Below, piece by piece: positions 1 through 11,300 of a DNA stretch of 64,000 nt. The stretch spans positions 1,798,001 through 1,862,000 of the forward strand of contig OZ251232.1 in the NCBI GenBank assembly GCA_965240325.2. The letters run 5' to 3'. Each line of letters begins with the position of its first letter. Positions within the stretch are counted from its first letter, which is position 1. The notes under the pieces are model-generated. The model made no database searches and had not been told where the DNA came from. It saw nothing but the letters and a program-made list of their open reading frames with translations. A program made the translations under genes and the position numbers. The DNA comes from Rebecca billardiae RCC1528. Its lineage: Eukaryota; Protista; Haptophyta.

Positions 1-432
1 TCCTCCTCGGCATGCACAGCGGCTTTGGCATGCGCTGCGCGCACATGAACGCGACCTCCGCTGGCGGGGTGTCTGCACCGAGCACAAGGACGGCAAGGTC
101 AGCGTGCTCATCACATGCCAAGACGACGAGTCGTCGTATCAAGCGGCGCGTCGCAGTCGTCTGCAGTCGTCCCGACAGCGCCAACGTGTCCTCGGCTTGC
201 TCACCACCGTTGTCCCTGAGGGCCTTGCGCATCACACGTGGCGCATCCCTCAGCGACGCTCTGGTGTCGTCGAGCTTCGCGAAGGGCTCTTGTCCGCACA
301 AGCGGCCTGGAGTCGTGCCTCTGCGGCTGCAATCGCCTCTTCAGGCCGCAACACGCGGTTGTCCAGCTGAAATTGCGACGGGGCGTTGCTCAGGAGGTCC
401 GCCCAGTCGCTGGCGGCGCTGCCTGTCGCCAT
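1..432 (-). pseudogene. Possible frameshifted coding fragment of unknown identity, running off the window start
   Basis: Minus strand reads MATGSAASDWADLLSNAPSQFQLDNRVLRPEEAIAAAEARLQA, then in another frame LCGQEPFAKLDDTRASLRDAPRVMRKALRD...RRLIRRLVVLACDEHADLAVLVLG. Protein-like composition only; no family recognised. Confidence 0.2.
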
Positions 433-1717
433 CGCCGCGCGCCCGGGCTCACGCCCACCGGCCGCGCCCGCTGGCTGGGTGTGTAATGGTGCTGTGCCGA
501 TTCGAGTGTGTAGCCGAAGAACTTCGTACACACTGATGTTCATTTTCGTTCACACCTGGGTACACACCAAATGTGCCCATACACACCATTTACACTCCAG
601 TTTTCACGCAGTGTATGCAAATAACTGAATACACTCGCGTCAAAAAATAATAACTGAATTTGGTCGTGGGGTGGCTCCGTTGGGATTTGAGCAACGAACG
701 ATGCCAACGGGCGCTGGCAGCCGGGCGTGGCGGTTGAGCTGCTGCCCGAGGTCGAGAGGGCGCCCGCGAGTCATCAGTCACTGAGCAAGGTCGATTAAGT
801 CTGACGATGGCTCGCTGACACTGAAGTGCTCCATAGATAGACCATATCCGCCAGAGGCCGAGGGTGGGCCGGGCCCGGGGCGGGCAATAAATAAACGATG
901 AAGCGTGATGCGGGTTGACGCGACAGCGGCGAGAGCAAGAGACCATTGCATGAGGGGCGACGCGGGCGAAGACAGATGATGTCGTCGCGCCGCCGAACGA
1001 TCAGGCGGGGAGCCGGGCCACACAGACAGCCAGCGACCTTACCGAGCAGAGCGGGGCTGTGGCGACTGCGGTGCACCTCCTGCAGCGGAGAGTGCACCCG
1101 GCAGTGCCCGATGCAGGCGATCCCCCTGCCCAGCTCGGCGCCTTCGTCGTGAGCAGCCCCATGGCGCCCCCGAGAGCGAAGCCTGATCGATCCGATAAGT
1201 CGTAGCGGTAATCAACCGAGTCCTGCAGGTGCGTCGCTGTGGGCCAGATTGGCCAGCGCACCAGGACTCCTGCGCGCGGCGGTGCGCGCGGGACAACGCA
1301 GCAGGAATGCCATGCAAGCGCCGGATTCTTGGCGTCGTCGCTCATAGACACTCAGGTATGGGTTCCCTATAACGCCACATATTATACGACTTAATGACGT
1401 GACAGTAATGTCAGTATGCTGAACGGGCAGGCGTCAGAGTCAGCAAGCTACGGTAGCCAGCAGATCGAGCAGCAGAGACAAACACCATTACACCAGGATC
1501 AGCGCTCCTCGCCGTCCTCGTCCCCCCCCCCCCCTTGTACTTGTAGTCGCCCATCATCACTCCATCATCGCCGAGCGGAAGCTCGACGCACCGTCTGGCG
1601 TCGACACACGCGCGCCACCGTGGTGGTCGCGGTGGCCACTCGCGTCGTCAGCCGTCGTCTCGAAGTAGTCGACAGTAGCCTGCTTATTAATCATTATTAT
1701 ACTGTACGTATATACGA

Positions 1718-1722
1718 CTCTC

Positions 1723-1756
<34 letters not shown>

Positions 1757-1767
1757 ACTCTCTCTTA

Positions 1768-1798
<31 letters not shown>

Positions 1799-1813
1799 GT
1801 CAGACTCTGACTC
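1718..1813. repeat. (CT)n microsatellite
   Basis: Imperfect ctctct... run seen directly. Confidence 0.95.
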
Positions 1814-2138
1814 TCAATATCTGCCGTACTGCGTCGGCCGCTCCGAGCGGCGATGACTGATGCGTCTGACTGAGTTAGCTCGGTCCTACCGCCTGTAGTA
1901 TTACTGTCCGCCAGCCGCGGCATCATTATCAATTACATGCGGTCGTCTACTACAATACACTAGCGGCTAGTAGTAGCTACCCTCCGTCAGCAATCATCAG
2001 CCTAGTTCTTCCGGCCACACGGCGCCTCCATCCACGATGCCCGATGACGCGACGACGTGCCGGCGGCGCCAAGCCTCTCTGGTGCTGACTGCTGATGGCA
2101 TGATGCGCGACATGCGGCGGCGTCAAGCTGCCGTGGTG

Positions 2139-3835
2139 GATTATGCAGTTGGCAAGGCCAATGGCGGTCATAACATGCGGTTGGCAAGCCACCCGCGCGC
2201 CCTGCACCGCTGCACGTGCTCGAGCTCGGCGTCGTCATGTTATGCAGCTGCCGCACCGTCACTGTCTTGCCGACAGCCGAAGGGCGAGCACGACGGCGGC
2301 GCGCGACCGCATCCGAGGCGAGCATCACCGGATGTGCAGCAAGACGGTTCGATGCCAGCTGGACGATCATGGAGCCGTGCATGTCCCTGCAGAGCTGGCC
2401 GTGCCTCCGACGGCGGGCCGGCCGCTGCTGCCAGCGACTACGACACACCCAACATGGCTGGTAAGCTAGTGGTATGAGTGTTGGCTTGACCATCTGACGC
2501 CCGTGGCCGCGTCGCGCGAGTGAACGCTCGTCGACTTTGACGGCTTCCTTGCGCCCGCCGGCTCGAGCGCCCCGACAACGCCGACGTCGCTCGCACACAC
2601 CACCCAAGGCCAAGTGCGCGAGGAGCAAGTCACGCCAGTCACGCCCGCCTTTCGCTTGTTGCTTTTCGTCGCGCCCAATGACCAATACGGTTTGGCGCTT
2701 TTCGGCCAACTCAACAGAAGGATGTTGTTCTGTTGAGTTGGCCGATCGGCGAGGGGGGGGGGGGGTGGGCTCGACAACAGGGCCCAGGCTCTGTTGAGTT
2801 GAGCTTGGAGGCCAGCTGGACTCGACAGAAGAATGCTCTGTTGAGTCGGTCGGACGTTGGCGGCCTCTCGACAGAGCCCTGGTCTGCACTCTACTGAAGC
2901 GCGACTCGCTCGCTCGGGCCGAAAATCTGGCGAAATCTGCATCTTTCAGACTCTTTCAGACTTTTTCGGGACTAAGCACCAGATCGCACCAGATCGATAA
3001 CAATCTGCACTCTACTACTAAAGCGCGACTCGAGAGCTCGCTCGGCAAAAAATCTGGCGAAATCTGCATCTTTCAGACTCTTTCAGACTTTTTCGGGACT
3101 AAGCACCAGATCGACATCTGCCAGATCGACATCTGCCGCCGCGCTCCGGACTGTCTGTGTCCGGACTGTGGTTGGGCGCGGCGAGCGAAAAGCGATGGCG
3201 GGCGTGCCTTGCGCCCCGCGCGCTCAACCTTTGGGTGACGGCGTGCTCGCGACGTCGGCGTTGTCGGGGCGGTCGAGCCGGCGGGCACAGGGAGGCCGTC
3301 AAAGTCGATGAGCGTTCGCTCGCGCGACGCGGCCGCGGGCGTTCGGATGGTCCGGCCAGCACTCGTCCCAGCGCTGCGGCGTGTCGTCGTCCCGGTCGGC
3401 GTCGGCAGCGGCCGGCCCGCCGCAGAGCACGGCCAGCTCTGCAGGGACATGCACTGCTCCATGAGCGTCCAGCTGGCATCGAACCGTCTCGCTGCACATC
3501 GGCTGATGTTCGCCTCGGATGCGGGCCGCGCGCCGCCGTCGTGCTCGCCCTTCGGCTGTCGGCAAGACAGGGACGATGCCAGCTGCATGAGATGACGACG
3601 CCGCAGCTCGAGCACGTGCTGGCATCGAACCGTCTCGCTGCACATCCGCTGACGTTCGCCTCGGATGCGGCCGCGCGCCGCCGCTCGAGCTCGCCCTTCG
3701 GCTGCCGGCAAGACAGGGACGATGGCAGCTCAGCATGAGATGACGATGACGCCGCAGCTCGAGCACGTGCAGGGCGCGCGGGTGGCTTGCCAACCGCGTG
3801 CTATGACCGGCGTTGGCCTTGCCAGCTGCATTATC
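2139..3835. repeat. Diverged inverted repeat pair (~2139-2678 vs ~3172-3835)
   Basis: atgcagttggcaaggccaatggcggtcataacatgcggttggcaagccacccgcgcgccctgcac near 2143 matches the reverse complement of 3767-3831. Homology continues to gcttttcgtcgcgcccaa / ttgggcgcggcgagcgaaaagc. The right copy has an internal duplication. Confidence 0.85.
2883..3112. repeat. ~120-bp tandem duplication
   Basis: tctgcactctact...aaatctggcgaaatctgcatctttcagactctttcagactttttcgggactaagcaccagatcg occurs at 2883 and 3004. Confidence 0.9.
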
Positions 3836-5789
3836 TATGACGACAACGCGCCGACCTCGAGCGCACGGTCGCGCGGGCCGAACAACACTTTGCAGCACTC
3901 TTCCAAGCCGCCTCACAGCCGGTCAACGCAGCCGGCGCGGCCCGGCACGACGTCGACTGCCGCCAGGCGAGCGGGGCTCCGAGGTGTCCTTGTCAAGTGC
4001 GGTGGTGACGCCCGCATGGTCCTTGCCCGATGGGCCGGCCGCGCCCGCCCGGGACGAGCGGGGCAGAACAGCCTAGTCTGTTGAGTTGATCGTTGGTGGA
4101 CACCGGTGATGGGGGTGCCTTGGGGCGCACCGACGGCGTAAAGGCGCTGCGGGCGCTGCGGTGCGCGCGACGGCGGCGCGCCCGGTGGCGCTGCTGTTGG
4201 AAGCTACTGCGCCCCTCTCCACCTCGCGCGCTTCGCTCGTCGTCGCCGTCTCCGCACCTGCTACCGGCATGCACGCGTGCGCAGCGCCTCGGACGCCCGT
4301 TGACGGCGCGCGCCCCGGCAACCGCCCATCACCGGCGGCGGCGAGTGCTGTTGCGCTTGGATGGAATCGGATGGTCTGCTGATAGTTGGACCAACCAACC
4401 AACGCCCTCGGTGGGCTTGGGCTTTGGTGTACGGAGCGTTCGGTGGAACTTGAGCCTCGGCACATTTCCCAGCGAAGTGGCCCACCTCGACGTGGCTGGC
4501 ACGCTCGTCACGCGCTCCCGAGCGCTCGTTTCGCGGTGCCGCAGGCCTTGGGCAGACCAGTCAGACATGGCGCGACCGCATTACCGGGCCATGTGCGCAC
4601 CACATCCGCGCTACGTGGCCTGCGCTCTGGACGACTGGGAGTCAATGCCCGGACCCACTGCATTCCACTGCCCCGCATGCACCCCGAGTCACCGTCAGAA
4701 GGCGTCGACGAGCGCAGAGCGCCCGAGCGGGTGCGCGGGAGTTCAACCAACTCGTGTACCTTCTTGCAAGCACCAGTGGCGAGGTCGCACGCCCAATCGT
4801 GACCAGCCGTGGAACTTGAGCCGGTCGGCAGCAAAACCACCGTGTGGCGGCCGAGATGAAGTAGCAGCGTGCAACTGCAAGGAGGAGGCGCGGTGCGTGT
4901 CCGCGGCTGGCGAGAGGCGTCCGGACCGTGATGTTCTCGGCCGCGTCCGCGCGCTTCCCGCCACCGCAGGCCCCGTGTACGCCCGTCGTCGCCCTCGCCG
5001 CGTGGGGCGTGGGCGCCCACCGAGCTCAAGTCCCATGGCAAGGAAGTACTGTACTGATCTACAGTTTACTATGATACAGTACGTAGTAAGATTTAACGTG
5101 CACACTTGGTTCAACAGTACGTAGTGATCTTGACAATGTGGCCGTGCACGCGGCAACAGGGCTCAGGCGGCCCAGTTGTCGAGTGCAGGCGTGTGTGGCT
5201 TGCGATGGCAGCCAGCCGTCAGCCGGGGCGCCACGCCCACGGTTCGCTGGTGGGCTGGCCCGATGGCGTCGCAGAGCTCACGCGTACGGGGGAGGAGGGC
5301 ATCGACGAGGAGACGACCAAGGGCGAGAAGCAGCCGGGGGCACGCAGCACGGGGCTCGGAGCATGCCGCCAGCACGCGTGCCTCCACACCGTCGCACGTC
5401 ACCCTTGCTCGTAGCTGTGCGCTGTGCTGCACTCATCTCACCATCGCCCATGCTACGGGCGCGGCCGGGTGGTGGACATCTACCTGTCGGCGCAGCACTG
5501 GCATCGGTGGTCGCCAGACACTTCTCGACTTGCTCTGCGCGTGACAGCAAGGAGACGGCAGCGCCACAGCTGTGTGAGCAGATGTCAGGTGCTGCTCTGC
5601 TCAGTGAGGCTGATAGACTGAGCACGCATGGCGGGCGCTGGCATTCCCCCGCATCCATGAGCCCAACAGGTGCATAGCCGTGCCCAGGAGCGCAGGACCA
5701 ACCGCCCGGTGCTGCTTCAAACACCTGCGCCCCACGCTGCAGGCAGGATGAGGGGCGCTCGACTCTACGCCGCACGCGGCGGCAGCAGC

Positions 5790-8230
5790 TGGGCCGCTGG
5801 GATGGTCCTGCGCGGATGACGGCGGTCGCCGCGGCTGACAGCTTGGTGTCACTGGTTCGACGGGCCTGGACGACGGACGCGCCGAGCACGGTGACGCTGT
5901 TCGATGCGCCCACGGCACTGCCCAGCGCGCTGGAGGCGTCGCCATCTGGTGCTGCTGTGCCTGCGCCCAGCTTGGGCAGCAGCAGCTGCGCTCAACTCCC
6001 CGCCGCGGGCAGCGGCAGGGATGGTGCCACGGCGGGCGGCGGCGGTCGACGTAGCTGTCAGCTCGGCGGTGCACGCCCGAGGGGCGTGGGCGCTGGACGC
6101 ACCGAGCGCGGTGACGCTGCTCGCCTCGACCATCGCGCTGGAGCCGCTGCCATCCGGTGCTGCTGCGCCCGCGCCCAGCCGGGGCATCAGCAGCTGCGCT
6201 CAACTCCGCGCCGTGTGCGGCAGCAGCAGCAGGGATGGTGCCACGGCGGGCGGCGGCGGTCCACGGAGCTGTCAGCTCGGCGGTGCACGCCCGAGGGGCG
6301 TGGGCGGTGGGCGCATCGAGCGCCGTGACGCTGCTCGCCTCGCCCATCGCGCTGGAGCCGCTGCCATCCGGTGCTGCTGCGCCCGCGCGGGCAGCAGCAG
6401 CAGCGCTCGACTCCGCGCCGCGTGCGGCGGCAGCAGCAGGGATGGTGCCACGGCGGGCGGCGGCGGTCGACGGAGCTGTCAGCTCGGCGGTGCACGCCCG
6501 AGGGGCGTGGGCGGTGGGCGTACCGAGCGCCGTGGCGCTGCTCGCCTCGCCCATGGCGCTGGAGCCGCTGCCATCCGACGCTGCTGCGCCCGCGCCCAGC
6601 CGTGGCAGCAGCAGCAGCGCTCGACTCCGCGCCGCGTGCGGCGGCAGCAGCAGGGATGGTGCCACGGCGGGCGGCGGCGGTCGACGTAGCTGGAAGCTCG
6701 GCGGTGCACGCCCAAGGGGCGTGGGCGCTGGACGCACCGAGCGCCGTGACGCTGCTCGCCTCGCCCATCGCGCTGGAGCCGCTGCCATCCGGTGCTGCTG
6801 CGCCCGCGCCCAGCCGTGGCAGCAGCAGCAGCGCTCGACTCCGCGCCGCGTGCGGCGGCAGCAGCAGGGATGGTGCCACGGCGGGCGGCGGCGGTCGTCG
6901 TAGCTGGAAGCTCGGCGGTGCACGCCCGAGGGGCGTGGGCGCTGGACGCACCGAGCGCCGTGACGCTGCTCGCCTCGCCCATCGCGCTGGAGCCGCTACC
7001 ATCCGGTGCTGCTGCGCCCGCGCCCAGCCGTGGCAGCAGCAGCAGCGCTCGACTCCGCGCCGCGTGCGGCGGCAGCAGCAGGGATGGTGCCACGGCGGGC
7101 GGCGGCGGTCGACGCAGCTGGAAGCTCGGCGGTGCACGCCCGAGGGGCGTGGGCGCTGGACGCACCGAGCGCCGTGACGCTGCTCGCCTCGCCCATCGCG
7201 CTGGAGCCGCTGCCATCCGGTGCTGCTGCGCCCGCGCCCAGCTTGGGCAGCAGCAGCAGCGCTCGACTCCGCGCCGCGTGCGGCGGCAGCAGCAGGGATG
7301 GTGCCACGGCGGGCGGCGGCGGTCGTCGTAGCTGGAAGCTCGGCGGTGCACGCCCGAGGGGCGTGGGCGCTGGACGCACCGAGCGCCGTGACGCTGCTCG
7401 CCTCGCCCATCGCGCTGGAGCCGCTACCATCCGGTGCTGCTGCGCCCGCGCCCAGCTTGGGCAGCAGCAGCAGCGCTCGACTCCGCGCCGCGTGCGGCGG
7501 CAGCAGCAGGGATGGTGCCACGGCGGGCGGCGGCGGTCGACGGAGCTGTCAGCTCGGCGGTGCACGCCCGAGGGGCGTGGGCGCTGGACGCACCGAGCGC
7601 CGTGACGCTGCTCGCCTCGCCCATCGCGCTGGAGCCGCTGCCATCCGGTGCTGCTGCGCCCGCGCCCAGCTTGGGCAGCAGCAGCAGCGCTCGACTCCGC
7701 GCCGCGTGCGGCAGCAGCAGCAGGGATGGTGCCACGGCGGGCGGCGGCGGTCGACGGAGCTGGAAGCTCGGCGGTGCACGCCCGAGGGGCGTGGGCGGTG
7801 GGCGCACCGAGCGCGGTGCCGCTGCTCGCCTCGCCCATGGCGCTCGAGCCGCTGCCATCCGACGCTGCTGCGCCCGCGCCCAGCTTGGGCAGCAGCGGCT
7901 GCGCTCGACTCCGCGCCGCGTGCGGCGGCAGCAGCAGGGATCGTGCTACGGTGGGCGACGGTGGTCTCTAGAGCTGAAAGCTCGGCGGTGTGCGCCTGAG
8001 GGCCCTGGGCGGCGGGCGCATTGAGCGCGCTGACGCCTCTCGCCTCGCCTGGCGCGCTGGAGACGCTCCCATCCGATGCTGCTGCGCCTGCGCCCTGGCG
8101 CGCTGAGTGCGGCTGCAGCATCAGGGATGGCGCCACGGCGGGCGGGCGGCGGTGGATGCAGCTATCAGCTCGGTGCTGCACGCGCGAGGGGCCTGGGCGG
8201 AAGGCGCGCGCAATGCAGTGACGCTGATAC
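5790..8230 (+). repeat. 214-bp tandem satellite, ~10 units with degenerate edges (left arm)
   Basis: The same motif recurs at 6157, 6371, 6792, 7006, 7220, 7434, 7648 (period 214, one unit shortened). Confidence 0.95.
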
Positions 8231-9039
8231 ACGCAAGCCCGGCGGCGCAGACCCGAGTCGTAGCCCGGCAGGTAGGCGGCACAGTAGTAGCGTAGTTTTC
8301 GTCACGGCATCGATCAGCATCGATCACGCGCATCATCACTGGCTACGACATCAGCGCATCCCGGCCTACACGGGACGGAGGCGGAGTGGCGTATATATAT
8401 ATATATCGCGTCGATCAGACTGACGCAGTCCGCGCGCAACTGAGCATCAGCAGGCAGTCCGACCGGGCCGTCTCCCGATCCGCGGCCACCGTTCGTCCGA
8501 CGAAGTCACATCACCACACCGTCACAGCGCAGATATATATATATATATCCGGAGCATACATATACGCAGTCGTGATGCCTGATGGCGCCACGGTTGTGCT
8601 GGCGGCTCACAGTCACACTCGATCAGTCGTCGCGTCCGGGTATAATAATAAGTGCGATGAAGCAGTACTTAGTATGAGTATAGTCTGCTGCGCTGATGGC
8701 TTAGCAGTCGTCGATCTGCTTATTACGACTACTGCTGTTCTTAGTCTTACGGGCGGACTATACGGCTCAATAAACTCAATGATGTAGCAGCGCGCAGTAG
8801 TCGACATCACTCATCAGAGTAATAAGCTCAGTGACTAAGCTGACGACGATGAGGCGACTACGTGACGCGCGCAGTACTAGATCCGCGCCGACCGTCAGCT
8901 TATAGGCGTCATATTATCATATCCGGGCACCGTGCTACACTCCGGCGCGACACGGTCAGCTGGTCAGCAGCTAGTAGAGTCGTAGTTTATAACGACCGGT
9001 CGTCGGCGTGCCAAGCAGTACTCAGCACCGCCCGACCAC

Positions 9040-11300
9040 CGCCGCCGGCCTGGCTGTGGCACCTCCCTGCTGCTACCACCGCATGCGGCGCGAAGCCTCC
9101 TGAGCGCAGCTACTGCCAGCTCGGCATCGAATGGCAGAGGCTCGAGCGCGCTACGGAACGAGGCGAGCGGCGACACCACGCTCGGTGCGTCCAGCGCCCA
9201 CGCCTCTCGGGTGGGCACTGCCAAGCTTTCAGCTGCTGCGGCCGCCCGCCGTGGCACCATCCCTGCTGCTGCCGCCGCACGCGGCGCGGAGTCGAGCGCT
9301 GCCGCTGCTGCCCAAGCTGGGCGCCGGCGCAGCAGCGTCGGATGGCAGCGGCTCCAGTGCCATGGGCAAGGCGAGCAGCGGCACCGCGTTCGGTGCGCCC
9401 ACCGCCCACGCCCCTCGGGCGTGCACCGCCGAGCTGACAGCTGCGTCGACAGCCGCCGCCCGCCATGGCACCATCCCTGCTGCTGCTGCCGCACGCGGCG
9501 CGGAGTCGAGCGCTGCTACTGCTGCCACGGCTGGGCGCGGGCGCAGCAGCACCGGATGGCAGCGGCTCCAGCGCCATGGGCGAGGCGAGCAGCGTCACCG
9601 CGTTCGGTGCCTCCAGCGCCCACGCCCCTCGGGCGTGCACCGCCGAGCTGACAGCTGCGTCGACAGCCGCCGCCCGCCATGGCACCATCCCTGCTGCTGC
9701 CGCCGCACGCGGCGCGGAGTCGAGCGCTGCCGCTGCTGCCCAAGCTGGGCGCCGGCGCAGCAGCGTCGGATGGCAGCGGCTCCAGTGCCATGGGCGAGGC
9801 GAGCAGCGTCACCGCGTTCGGTGCCTCCAGCGCCCACGCCCCTCGGGCGTGCACCGCCGAGCTCACAGCTGCGTCGACAGCCGCCGCCCGCCATGGCACC
9901 ATCCCTGCTGCTGCTGCCGCACGCGGCGCGGAGTCGAGCGCTGCTGCTGCTGCCACGGCTGGGCGCGGGCGCAGCAGCACCGGATGGCAGCGGCTCCAGC
10001 GCGATGGGCGAGGCGAGCAGCGTCACGGCGTTCGGTGCCTCCAGCGCCTACGCCCCTCGGGCGTGCACCGCCGAGCTTCCAGCTGCGTCGACCGCCGCCG
10101 CCCGCCGTGGCACCATCCCTGCTGCTGCCGCCGCACGCGGCGCGGAGTCGAGCGCTGCTGCTGCTGCCACGGCTGGGCGCGGGCGCAGTAGCACCGGATG
10201 GCAGCGGCTCCAGCGCCATGGGCGAGGAGAGCAGCGTCACCGCGTTCGGTGCCTCCAGCGCCCACGCCCCTCGGGCGTGCACCGCCGAGCTGACAGCTCC
10301 GTCGACCGCCGCCGCCCGCCATGGCACCATCCCTGCTGCTGCTGCCGCACGCGGCGCGGAGTTGAGCGCTGCCGCTGCTGCCACGGCTGGGCGCGGGCGC
10401 AGCAGCGTCGGATGGCAGCGGCTCCAGCGCCATGGGCGAGGCGAGCAGCGTCACGGCGCTCGGTGCGCCCAGCGCCCACGCCCCTCGGGCGTGCACCGCC
10501 GAGCTTCCAGCTGCGTCGACCGCCGCCGCCCGCCGTGGCACCATCCCTGCTGCTGCCGCCGCACGCGGCGCGGAGTTGAGCGCTGCCGCTGCTGCCCTGG
10601 CCGGGCGCGGGCGCAGCAGCGTCGGATGGCAGCGGCTCCAGCGCGATGGGCGAGGCGAGCAGCGTCACGGCGCTCGGTGCGCCCAGCGCCCACGCCCCTC
10701 GGGCGTGCACCGCCGAGCTTCCAGCTCCGTCGACCGCCGCCGCCCGCCGTGGCACCATCCCTGCTGCTGCTGCCGCACGCGGCGCGGAGTCGAGCGCTGC
10801 TGCTGCTGCCACGGCTGGGCGCGGGCGCAGCAGCACCGGATGGCAGCGGCTCCAGCGCGATGGGCGAGGCGAGCAGCGTCACGGCGCTCGGTGCGCCCAG
10901 CGCCCACGCCTCTCGGGCGTGCACCGCCGAGCTTCCAGCTGCGTTGACCGCCGCCGCCCGCCGTGGCACCATCCCTGCTTGTGCCGCCAATGCGGCGCGG
11001 AGTCGAGCGCTGCTGCAGCTGGGCCCCAGCTGGGCGCAGGCACAGCAGCACCAGATGGGAGCGGCTCCAGCGCGCTGGGCAGTGCCGTGGTCGCGTGGAG
11101 TGACGTCAACGCGCTCGACGCGTACGTCGCCGTGGCCCCTCGAGCGAGCGACACCGAGCTGTCATCTGCGGCGAACGCCGTCATCCGCAGCGGGACCATC
11201 CCAGCAGCTGCTGCCGCATGCGGAGCAGATTCGCCGAGCGTGGCTGCTGCTGGTGTTGGCCCGGATGGGCGCGGGCGCAGCATCATCAGTTGCCAGCGAC
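9040..11300 (-). repeat. Same 214-bp satellite in inverted orientation, ~9-10 units (right arm)
   Basis: Reverse-complement units; ORF starts 9465/9679 and 10432/10646 show period 214. Confidence 0.95.

Noticed and set aside
795-1351. Coding-like minus-strand fragments (LQDSVDYRYDLSDRSGFALGG...)
   Set aside because: Short, frame-broken and no recognisable family; insufficient support for a feature.
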